Below are positions 52,901 through 64,000 of a DNA stretch of 64,000 nt, piece by piece. Every line of letters begins with the position of its first letter. Within the stretch, counting starts at the first letter, position 1. The DNA is from Kudoa neothunni (lineage: Eukaryota; Animalia; Cnidaria), in the NCBI GenBank assembly GCA_964304625.1, contig OZ199838.1, positions 13,679,002-13,743,001 on the forward strand, read 5' to 3'. The position numbers and the translations under genes were made by a program. The notes under the pieces are model-generated. The model was not told the DNA's origin and ran no database searches. It saw only the letters and a program-made list of their open reading frames with translations.

Positions 52901-55683
52901 TTTACATTGTGTCGGTACATTTGAAGAAAACATGATTTCTTCTGTGGGTATGTGTTAGGTGTGAAAACTATACGTCAAATGTTTTTCCATTGGAACAGAC
53001 TCCTACCTTAATATGAGCCTGACAGGTGCCTCACAAAGTTTATCTTCTCTTATACGTCTTAATCTATTACAATAATGGTCGTCAAATAATAAATGCGCTT
53101 AACGTAACAATATTTCAATTTCCATTCAATTTTTTGGAAGAGACCTCGTTTGACATAAATAATTTTTTAATCTCTATCTATTAGGTTACATCATGATTTA
53201 TTTTCGTATGACTTTAAGGACTCTTCTAGCTGATGCACCGATAAAAATCTACTCTCTACTTAAAACACACTCTCAGCGCCGCCTTCTATTATTTCTTACT
53301 CGCACGTATTATAATATCATAAAAAATTCACATAAATACGGCAAAAGTATTAATTATTTATAATAATTAATGTTAAATATAAAAATAATTCCTATTTATA
53401 AGTATTACAAGTTTTGAAGTTCATTTTCATAACGCGTTTACACCCTTTTTTCAAAGTTATCCATTTTAAAATACCCTAAAAGATCAGGTGAATATCAATA
53501 ATCTAAAAATTTAGAAACTAAATATCTTTTAACGAAAAAAATCTATATACACATATACATATATGGGTTGTGTACTTATAATAGATTTGATTCAGATCGA
53601 TTTGAGGATGGATCATCGAATTAGGACTCTAAACAGCCTGGATGCACTCAGTTGTAATCAAACAACATCAAAAATTATTTCAATGGTCGTTTTAGATATA
53701 TAAATAAACTGTTATTTTAGATTTTTAGGTCACCAATTTTTGTTAGGCGCATCATAAAGACTGATCTTTATCGTAAAATCTATATATTACACTTTAGCAT
53801 GGAAATTTAAAATTTAATAGATAAAAATATATTTATTAAGTAGTAACGTGAATTATAAATCTACGCACTTTCAGAATTAGGAGAAATTTGTTTTCGTGGC
53901 ACTAGACAGCCTCCACATGAGATTATACGCTAAAGCGGTAATAGTCACTGTCTCTAACTAAACGTAACGAATGAATGAACGAATAACAATTGTTAAAATA
54001 ATAATAAATTTTCTTATAATATTCATAATTATACTATAAAGTAATTCGTCGACAACGAGAGAGTACAAACAAAAATATATTAATCACCTTGAGTATTAAT
54101 TCCAAACCAATAATTAAATATTTTCGAGATTTACAAGATGAGAATACCCATAATTTGACTTTGGTGCACAATTTTTTTAAGTTTTGTATACACTTTTTTA
54201 AGATTTAGTAAAAATTCTTTTGTATTAATAGATACATTTTCTCAGATTTTAATTAAAAACTTAACTGGCATATATAAAATTACTTAAATCAAACCCATTG
54301 TAACACTAATATTTTTTGTTGCAAAGTTAACAAAAAGACATACCAACACATCGATACTACACGGCTGAGTGATTAATCTTTTACAGATATCAAGTATACC
54401 AGATCCTACAACTAGGTTTATGTTCTCCATGCTTGTATCGTTGATATTGGCAATAGCCCATAACACATTGGAAAGAGTCTAAACAGTTATCACATAAATA
54501 TCAAAGAAATTGAGTGTACCTTTTCATCCATTGATTTTATGAGATAGTTGGCGATTGGAAGAATCTTATAATATGTATATAAAATCATTCGGTCAGCCGA
54601 TAAAATTCAATTACAAGTGATAAAACCTGAGGACTCACGCTATATTTGATGACACTTTTTGTGGTAAAATTAAGCAAAAAATATGATACATTTTTAGCGA
54701 TGTGTATCTAACAGTTTAAACATATCAGGAGAGTTGACGAATTTTAAACAAAGCAAGATGATATGCGATTAAATATACAGGAGGGTTGGTTGAGATTATC
54801 TGATGACATACGTCCAAAATATTGTTGCTCACAACAATACCAATTGCATTGGGATTATCCACTAGAGTAAAAAATTTTGCGATGAATCAATGAGATAAGT
54901 GTAACAGTGATTGATGTTACGTATTATGTTGGCAATTGTGAGCAACGTTGTTTCACAAAGACGAGCATTCGTTGGATTCAGATAGTTGAATAATACTTTA
55001 ATAGTAGCATCATTGGTGAGAAGAATTCGTACGCTTTTGTATTTGATCGTTAGGTTAGCCAATACACACGCTGCGTCAAATTGAATATCCTCACTTGAAT
55101 TCACATATTATTTTAATTAGAGTTTGTCAAATTAGAGCTTACTTATGTGAGTTGTTCAACAAATTAAGCATAAGAGCAATAAATGCGGATCTAAGATAAA
55201 TATTGCAGTTGCATTCCACACAAATTCAGACGATACGTAGCAACGATATGTTCACAACCAGGCACATCCGAATAGATAGCACTTCTAAATATCGAAATAA
55301 TTATTCTAATCAATTCCAATCAAACCCATTCGAATATACCTCAGTATTAGAATACCCTTGGCACGATCCTCATTGTTCCCACTTTCACATAACTATGGTA
55401 ATTGAATAAACAGATCAATAGAGAAGATACAATTATACTTTAACGGCACTGTCAAGAGTATTGGTCTAAAATGGCATTAGCTCAAAAACACATTACAAAA
55501 TCTGCTCAACTAACATCATAGTTGATAGGCGGTTGGCCTGTTGGTTTAGGCTCTAGACGCTTCCGATGTAACAGATCTTCCCTCCTTTCCTAATATAGAA
55601 CGAAACAATTCAATACTATGATCGATAATGCGCCAGTACATTTCGTAATTCGACTAAAACGTTTACGCGATGACTCCTTTCAT
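49998..55683 (-). CDS. KPNA: Divergent importin-alpha (karyopherin alpha); one multi-exon gene with a 3258-nt intron (54343-51086)
   Basis: Basic IBB-like start (ERREDLLHRKR). ARM repeats IQFDAACVLAN, ETTLLTIANIILD, KNVSYFLLN, NVLWAIANI, PTLRTFGNLVT, ECLWFISNIAAG, REALWVLSN, then LDVLQQHSNKKI and C-terminal FDF-stop, all in KPNA order. Confidence 0.85.
51800..53200 (-). mobile_element. Decayed MULE transposase inside the large importin-alpha intron (boundaries approximate)
   Basis: Minus-strand fragments CEAPV...HTH (WRKY/FAR1-like Zn finger) and a frameshifted FPELLL/VDATY (MULE first catalytic Asp, DxTY). Confidence 0.6.
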
Positions 55684-56622
55684 TCTATTAAGTTTAGTTG
55701 TAATAGTAAAGTTGTATATTCAAACCAGTCAAAATACTTTTCGACTCTTTTCTTTGTAAAGCTGTTGGAAATTTCTACTCATCGTTACGATCAAATGAGG
55801 CTGCGTGCGCTTGATCTGTGCGTTGAACAAAGTGATAACCTTGCCTGCCGATACTTGCGTCAGTAGATAAAATTTTATTGTACTCAACGTGATCGCAAGA
55901 ACACAGTCTTAACGTTTTGTTTGTGTAAAGGTGTTTTGTTTTGTCGAACCAAATCTTTTTTGGTCCCGTGTTAGTAATCAACGGTAAAAATTATAATTTT
56001 TTATATTTTTCGCGGTTTCGATGTTAACTTTATCTGGTGAGAAATTTTTGGATGGCAAAAATTCACGAAGATTTGACATCGCGGTACCATCATGGGATTA
56101 GAATCGATAATAACTTTTCCTGTTAGAGGATTAATTTTATGTTTTAGAATATTGAAAAAAATAATATTTTCTCTATAAAAACTCTTATTATGGACAACAT
56201 TTTGGAAAGATTTAAGGAGATATAAATAAATAAAATTATCCGTTTTTATATGTAAGTTATTAATAATGTGGATTTGTTTCTGTATGCATTCTTAAATATA
56301 TTTGATATCATGACCTTGCATAATATTATTATTGTTGTTGAAAAATTGAATGCAAATGAAACCCCTTGAATAATGTAATGCGCTTGCGTGGAAAATCTGA
56401 GAGTGCGTTAATGCGCAAGGATGCCACTTCATAGGAATTGCAATTTAGGAAATTCGAATGCAATGGATTATAATTGTCTCTTTTTCTCAGTGAGAAGTGT
56501 GTAAATTGTGATCATCATCATTTAGCTCTAAGTCGTTAATTTTGGCATATACGGCAAAAAATTTATTCTTAAAAATCCAACATATCTTATTAAATATTTG
56601 AATTTTTGTTGTATCATCGAGT

Positions 56623-59600
56623 ATGAATATTTTAGTAGTTTCTTGGTGTTAGCAACCTTTATGTTGGACAAAGAATAATTGTTAGTGACTTACGTAACTA
56701 TCGTTTGAAAAGAGTGTCATTTATTTGTTGAAAATTTTGATGGCAATTCATCATTTTTATTAGTTCATTTGCGCGAATTTCATGGCTTCTCCCAGAATTG
56801 GGAATAATTCGCGTTGAAAAATTTCTTCGAAACATCCCAAAAATATATTAACCTTTTCAACACCAGTGTTCACTTAAACATACATGACAGGAATTTGATT
56901 CTCAAGGACACTCTGTTTCGAAAATTTCATCTATTAATTGTAAGATAATTCAATTACTGGTATCTTTTGGTATTTAAATCAAATTTAATAAAATTATGAA
57001 GTAGTTATGATATTGTGGAATATTGAGAGCATACAGAAATAGGGCTTTATTAGTTAGTTGGGGCTCCAAAAATCACAGTTTTCTCACGGTTGCCTTAATC
57101 CTTAATCAACACATGTTTTCGATGCACGAAATATCACATTCAACTTTTTGGAAACACTACATTTCGTCCTAATACTCTCGTTACCGCGTATAACATTTTT
57201 TAAAGCGCTAACGTTTCTTAAAATCTCTAGTTAATAAAAATTTAGTTATGTAATGAATGGTTGTGGGTCCGAACTAGTGACCATAGTTTAAAATATGATG
57301 GTCCTATACTACCCCTGCCACCTGCTGATTGCGTAATTTTGCTTTTGTTACAACCCTCAGAAGTTATAGACATGCATGAAAACTGGTCACTAAAACTAAA
57401 ATATCAACGCGACACGGTCAGGGATCAGAGTAACTCCGGATAGTATTAAAGCCGTTACAATGGGGACGCGTGACAAGAGTGTTACTTTCATATTTCGACG
57501 ATGGAATTAAGTGTAAATATCTATTTATTCATTTCATATACAATGCATAAATCAAAAAATAATCTCTGTTAATACTTGTAACCGCAACGATTGATCATAG
57601 CTTACGGTCTACATTTTTTAATGAGGGGGTACATATGTACATATTGGTGATCTTTTTGTTAACGTTGAACCAAGGTAAATCAGGTATAATAAAAGTTAGC
57701 ATGTAATAATGTTAGATTATTGTTTAAAATACAAATACACAACTTTTGATCATTTCGCCGATACTAGACTAACGCTAACCAATTTACCGAATAATGTAGC
57801 TGAGGCTACAACAATAAGTGCTGCAGATGGTCATTTGGATAAAAAGAAAATAACCATTGAAGACTGCGATGTAAAGGCGTGGAAGAGTCGCTGTCCTTAC
57901 CACATGATTGGAGTGGTTCATATGGAATCCCATGGAGTTGGTGATACATTTTTGAAGTTTCTTCACCAAGGCAAAACCAACGTATATCGAATACATTCCC
58001 GTATGATTTTATCTTAATCGAATCATTCTTAAATATATATTACTAGAACCTATGCAGAATAATAAAACCATAAAAGATGAAATAGGATTATTCACTATAA
58101 AAATAACAAAGACCGATAATACTTTGGATGAAAACTCACATCTAGACATATTGATGAATGATGATTTTTTAGAATCAACTAGACACGGAAGCATTCTAGC
58201 TGGTAAAATGTCTAATTTCATTTCTATTGAAATTGGAAAAATTAGCGCCAATGATGCGACTTATGAAATCTTGTATGATCCCCCTACTGCCCACATATCA
58301 TTTTAGTGCAGTTTTCCCGTACATTGATCGAACCCATTGACACATGGTGGAGGGATATTTTGAAAATAATTCTGAAATTAAAACATTTGTTAATCAATAT
58401 CCATACAAAAATGACTTAAGCCTTTACGAATTTCAAGATAATGACACGAATTGAGGCAATTTTAATATTTGTGTTGGCACTAAATGTATTAACTTTTGCA
58501 GCGAGTTAACATTTAAATCTAAACTTTCCAATGGACAAATAATACAACGTATCAAAGCTTCTATTGTCGGAAAAGGGAAAACGAACGAAGATATTTTTGT
58601 AGAAGGTTTAAAATTTGTATTTATAATTTAATGACTCTCGATTAAGACGAAAAGGAAACACTAGCTAAATATGTGGGCTTCCCCTTTAAATTTTCAAATG
58701 AAGAGAGTATAATAAAATGGACGATGAACGACATTAATTGTCGTGATTTCAACGTTGAACCTTATGAGTATACCGCAGCGCCAATATATCGTAAACAATA
58801 TGGCAACGAATGTCGCATAGAAGTTGTGGTCCCAGGGTATTTTTTAATTGAGCGTTCGATTGGCTGGTCCAAGAAATGTACATATATTTTTTTCAATAAG
58901 TAAATTTTCGAGTTGTTTTAATTTAATGGCTAGCTTGTAACGATAAAACGATTTCATTACGGGGGTGATCGAGGGGGCTGCGGTGATTCACATTTTTCAC
59001 CACGATGTGCATTTTGTTTCCAGAGATTCACAATCAAAAGAGGCTGTTCAGATGGGGGAAGAGACTATGTGTCAGGTTATGCTATCCACTCATTCTATTC
59101 TAGCTGGAATTTTGTTCCCGCCAAATGTGATAACTATGGGTCGTTGTGTTACAATCGTTGTGAGGGTAGTTTTGATGTGGTTGGACTCAATCCAGACACC
59201 AACTATTTCATCAAAGTTGTGTCGTTTGGTTATTACTCTGATTTTGGTTCGGAGAAAACAAAATCATTAAAAAGTATAACCAATATATGATTAAAAATAA
59301 ATAAATTTGTTAGATGATTTCATTTGCAGCATAAATTTCATTCAGTTTAATGGGATAAGACAAATCGCAATACAATTTAAACAGCACGTAGATAAATACG
59401 AATTTACCAATGGGCCAGTCTGCATAGTGGTAATGTGAGAAATTATTTCTGAATCCAACTCGAAATATTTCCAAATATGCGAACAGAGCATCTACTGTTT
59501 CCTACCCTGCAAGCATATGGGTCATCTAACTCAAAGTACTAACGACTACATTGTGTACCTGTGAAGGTATTGGGAATGATGAATTCATTTGTCGATAATC

Positions 59601-60058
59601 AGAATATTTGTATGTGTATTTCATGGAATAATTAATTGTGAAACAATTATTCAGATTATAAAGAACATAACTCACCTTCTGAAACTGTCAATAATGACAA
59701 TATTATGAAGTCCAATCTCGAAAAACACATCACACTATCGAAACCTATCGAACAATTTATCTATGCAGCAATTGAGGAATATAACAAAGTGAGCTTCCAA
59801 AAGAAATTCCCTTACCAAACCTTCACAGAGGTGACACATCCATCCGACTCCGCAACAAAAAAGATTATACGATATTCTTCTGATGGTGCGGTTAAAATAC
59901 AACAAGAACTAAAAGGATTCCTCATTTCCGAACACAATGTGACAACAAATCAAGATGTAACTTCTACTCAAGGTAAAACTCGTCTTCGCTATGCAAATAT
60001 TTATTTTTTTAATAAATTCATTACAAATTACGATACTAAAAATAATTTTATGACTTGA
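56623..60058 (+). pseudogene. Decayed multi-exon orphan gene, possibly a secreted or surface protein with a Cys-rich and FN3-like segment
   Basis: A series of same-strand coding-like blocks bounded by AG/GT with short spacers. Signal-like MNILVV(F)LVLATF needs a frameshift. In-frame stops at ~57390, ~58338 and ~58452. VVGLNPDTNYFIKVVS resembles the FN3 tyrosine-corner motif. Confidence 0.5.
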
Positions 60059-60251
60059 TGGTTTTTATTTGATATCACAGATACAGCAGGTTACTAATGT
60101 TACCTACTTTTATTTGCTCCTTGTGAATAAATAATTCCAGGGACAAAATTATTTCTATATTTTGAGGTTAATTTCATACAACCGAGTACAAAAATTAAAT
60201 AAATAACCTATAAATATATTTATTATAAAAAATTGGTATTAGCAATATTAA

Positions 60252-61453
60252 CCCGCTAATGTCAGCAAAAACAACCACCCTCCAAAGACTTTTGAGGTCC
60301 AAAAGACCCCAGTTTTTATTTGATGAATTTAGTTAATAAAGATAGATATATCAGTTTATTAATTTTAACAAATTTGTGTCAACCAAATTTGAAGAAAAGA
60401 GCCGTACATTCGTGTGAATTAATCCGCTATAATCTCCTTGGTACCTTTGGGGATGGGCGCATACAATCGTCATATAAAACCATTACTGAATAATCTTAAA
60501 TTTTTGAGAAATAAACAATTCAAGTGAATTGAATTAAAGATTAATATATTTTACCGAGAATATTCAATTTAATATTCTAAATTGTTGTTTAAGAGCATAT
60601 TGTTACTCTTCTCAAATAACGCCACGTGCCTGCACATAAAATGAATGAAACTGATGGGTGTCTTGATGAATTTCAATTTTTGGGAAGTGAATTTGAAGCA
60701 ATTTAGACGGAATCATCTGAAACTTCAGCTGAATCGGTGGAATGTGGAAACACTGAAGACCCAACAATCAATAATCAATAAAAGTGTGTATCATGTGGGG
60801 CTTTAGTAAACCGATAGCATCAAGAATCGGTGCAGCAAATACCATGAAAAACCCGCTTGGCGCTGCCTCCTATTTTATTCAGCACGTTAAAAGCATGCTA
60901 GATTGCTTTTCATCTTTTTCAAGAACATAATTTGTGAATAAATAATCAACTATATCAATTGTTGGACGATTTCATTTAAAAAAGTACTGAATTTAATTAT
61001 TAAATACATTAAAATAAATTATATTTATTTTTTACGATCGTATAGATTTATTTTTAAGTGTAATGAAAGTTTACCAATTCTATTTTAATTAACGGTCATG
61101 TGTAAATAATTAAATCCTTACGAAAATTGAACATTAATTTATTCATTTCGTAACATATTTCTAAATCTTCATGCGACCAAGATGAATATTACCTGTATAG
61201 CTACATTTTTATTTATTTTTAAAGCGTATTGACTAAAAACGTCGTGGGATCAATTGGACCCCAAAAGTCCTTAGACAATAATTTTTTTTCTACACCTAAT
61301 TTTTATTCATTCGGCTTAAGATTTTCAAATAATGAACAAAATTTAAAGTTAAGAGATTAGATGGAATTTTACAAATTTCTGATTATTACACACATAATGC
61401 TGGGGAAATTAATTATGGTTCGGGGTCCAGAAGACCCCAAAATGCTTAGAGGG
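60252..61453. mobile_element. Non-autonomous piggyBac-like element with both ends intact
   Basis: TTAA|CCCGCTAATG...GAGGTCCAAAAGACCCC at the left end and GGGGTCCAGAAGACCCCAAAATGCTTAGAGGG|TTAA at the right end. Internal palindrome copy at ~61246. Confidence 0.85.
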
Positions 61454-62198
61454 TTAATTAGCCATTCTGTTAACATCTTAATGTATAACTGCTTAGTTTT
61501 AAGTAATTTCATCCCGATAATTCTAAAACTCATGTTAAAATACGATTAAATTCCATTTTTTGTGAATTTGCTATAACTCCTTATCTTTGAAACATTGCTT
61601 TGTGATTAAAGCCTTTCGATGAACAAGAGTAAAAATCAGACACGGTTGGCAACGCTGTTTCTTTTGAGCATGATTGTATTTGAGCGTTTTTTTAGTTTCA
61701 ATATTTAATTCAAGTTTCATAACAGCTGCTAATTAATTTACCCTATTTTCAACAGCGCAGTGTAATATCGCGTAAAAAACACAAAAATTGTCAAACTGTT
61801 GAATACTTATATCATATGTTTTTTTGAATGTTCTCTACAACGTAGAACTAAGAAAATTGAGGAACAGCCATCATATTTTGAATAACTGGTAAAAGAATAA
61901 GGAGCTATCGTTGAATTCATGAGAGGATGACATGCTTATATCGATGCTGCGCGCGGGAATCACGTGTATGGTGTTTCGTTATTTACTCGATAGAATTTCC
62001 ATAAATTTGTAAAAATGACATTTATCAATATTTTAAATAATTTTATTTGGAAGGTGTTTTTACATTAGATTTTTTGGTAAATGGCAAAAAAAATTTCAAT
62101 TCGTTTTTCTGAAAGCTTTTATAAAAATAAAAGTTTACAAAAACTGGAGAGGAGTTATGCTCCATTAATACGCTATAATATTATTGGAAAAATTCGCT

Positions 62199-62233
62199 TG
62201 GGGTAGAAATCTACCCCATTTCACTTCGAAGGT
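62199..62233. mobile_element. Solo piggyBac-like end
   Basis: GGGGTAGAAATCTACCCCATTTCACTTCGAAGG|TTAA; no partner end found. Confidence 0.6.
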
Positions 62234-63049
62234 TAAGTTTGTAAATAACATTATTTTGGAGGAATACAGGTAATCTTAAAAGTTTGAAATTATTAATAAT
62301 GGTCTATACAATAAACAGTCCCATTGGGGTGGTTTTCTTCCTCAAATCTATTAGATGAGTAAAAAAATAATGAAAAAATTAAATTAAGGTATCAAATAAT
62401 TCAGTTATGCGTAAACAAGCCTTCGTTTTGGTTAACATATTTCAAATATTTTTTGTATGAATATAAAATCTTTTGTTCATTTATTAGTAGTAAAACTAAA
62501 TAAAATTTCATAATTTAATCCGCAGGTAAGGTCTAAAAAGTACCACTTATTTATTTGGTGTGTGTTAGGGGGGTAAATATACTTGAAACTTGTTTAAAAC
62601 TAAAAGTCTTTTTATTACAAAATTATTTAACTTCCAATCAATAAACAAAGTTTCTAATACAAAAAATAACAATTGTACAGACGGATGTTTTATTACGGCA
62701 TCTCACAAAGTTTCAATATCATCGAAATTTTGTTTTAAAATCTACTATACTACCATAAAAACATTTTATTATAGAATTGACACATCTCCAACATGACTGA
62801 TTTTATTTTCTTACCTACTTCCTAGGTCTTTAAATTTGTTACATTATTAGATCATTCTACATTCGTGGCCCCTCTTAGAGTCTAGAAAATAACGCAAAAT
62901 GTTCTTCACCTATAATTTTAATCTAACTAATATCATAACCCAATTTGGGTGATTATAGGGCTGATTCAGTTTTCTGGTTAAACATTAAAAATCCATAAAT
63001 TTAATTATTTTATAGTTTGAATTATTCATCAGTAAATTTTTCTAAAATA

Positions 63050-63850
63050 AGAATAACATCGCCGTTCATATTTTTCGTACGATTTTGGTAAATAAACTAC
63101 ACTTTACCTACTACTGTTCGCCATATTTCATTGAAAGTAAATCATCTGATAAGTTCTTTCATTAATCTCGCATTTTACTTTATAATAAATAATTTTTTTC
63201 GTTTTACATTAGAAAAATTAAATTTCTCCATTTCCTATTAGTAAATTTTTTTCATAAACTTATCAAAGCTGAATTTAATATACGAGTTCCAATGAAATGA
63301 CGAAAAGAATTATCTATTCGTTTTTATTTGGGACTCTTAATCATAAAAACTTGGTAACCAAATACTCCAATTACTGATAAGTTGTCATTGGATAAAATTG
63401 AATTAGAGTTAAATACATTTTTAGGGATAAATTATGTTTAATTCTTTCGAAAGTTCTTTATTTTAGACGTTGATTAATAATTTTTGTAATCTATGGAATA
63501 CATGTGAAAGAATAAACTACGCTACAGATCGACCCTGAAATTTTAATGGATTTATAATACTTATTTTATTTAAAAATAAATTAGGCATGTTTATTAAATG
63601 TATTAACGAATACACTAAACTTAAATTGCGAATTATATAATATCTAAGCCAAATCTCACTAAAATCTATTTCGTCCAACTTATTGAATTCATTCATAAAA
63701 GAATTATTTCTCAAATATCAATAAATACTTAAACTCGCCCAAGTACGAATTTTTATTAGTTGCCGAATTTTATTCTTCAATATAATGTTTACGCTAATAT
63801 TTATCTACACTTTTTTAGCAATCGTATCGCTTGGTAACGTTAAATATTAT
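63050..63850 (-). mobile_element. Possible decayed MULE-like transposase
   Basis: Weak fragments (FSEIWLRYYI, NWSIW, IKTN) in MULE-like order; heavily disrupted. Confidence 0.3.
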
Positions 63851-64000
63851 AATTGCCGTTATTTCGTATTAGAAAGAGCCTTAGATTCATATGAGGTGGA
63901 TGTGGGTGAACCCCCTTCATGGATGGACGAAAAACAACGAACTGCAGCCGTAGTTGATAGGTGGTATGTGGACAAAAACTCCGCCAAATGCAAGCCATTC

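Noticed and set aside
49998-55683. Two tandem importin-alpha genes
   Set aside because: The two blocks encode consecutive, non-overlapping ARM repeats joined in frame by one GT-AG intron, so they form one gene.
56623-60058. Stop-codon reassignment explaining the in-frame stops
   Set aside because: Conserved genes in the window terminate normally at TAA, TAG and TGA, and this region also has frameshifts.

Overview
AT-rich eukaryotic (animal) nuclear DNA with compact genes, mostly 37-80 nt GT-AG introns, highly diverged proteins and intergenic space full of nested, decayed transposons. This resembles a reduced parasite genome such as a myxozoan cnidarian (inference only). Host genes reconstructed by hand: cyclin E, RPL36, a cathepsin L with no signal peptide, CYRI/FAM49, EB1/MAPRE, XRCC3 head-to-head with DRG1, SNW1/SKIP, a divergent importin-alpha with a 3.26 kb transposon-filled intron, and a decayed multi-exon orphan gene. 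Mobile elements: piggyBac (one transposase remnant plus several MITE/deletion derivatives with a shared GGGGT-N7-ACCCC palindrome), hAT/Buster, pogo/Tigger, Merlin, MULE, a tRNA-derived SINE and probable LINE remnants. Best leads: (1) three hAT elements sit at exactly the same nucleotide inside piggyBac terminal repeats (TTAACC|CTCTAAnn); (2) an intron-containing Tigger transposase with a PIP box nested in a piggyBac; (3) a perfect 32-bp NRF1-type palindrome touching the SNW1 start codon; (4) a pre-miRNA-like hairpin upstream of CYRI; (5) losses of normally conserved motifs (importin-alpha major-site tryptophans, EB1 EEY tail, SNW to SSW, cathepsin signal peptide). All gene models and homology calls come from reading and recalled family motifs; no searches were run.
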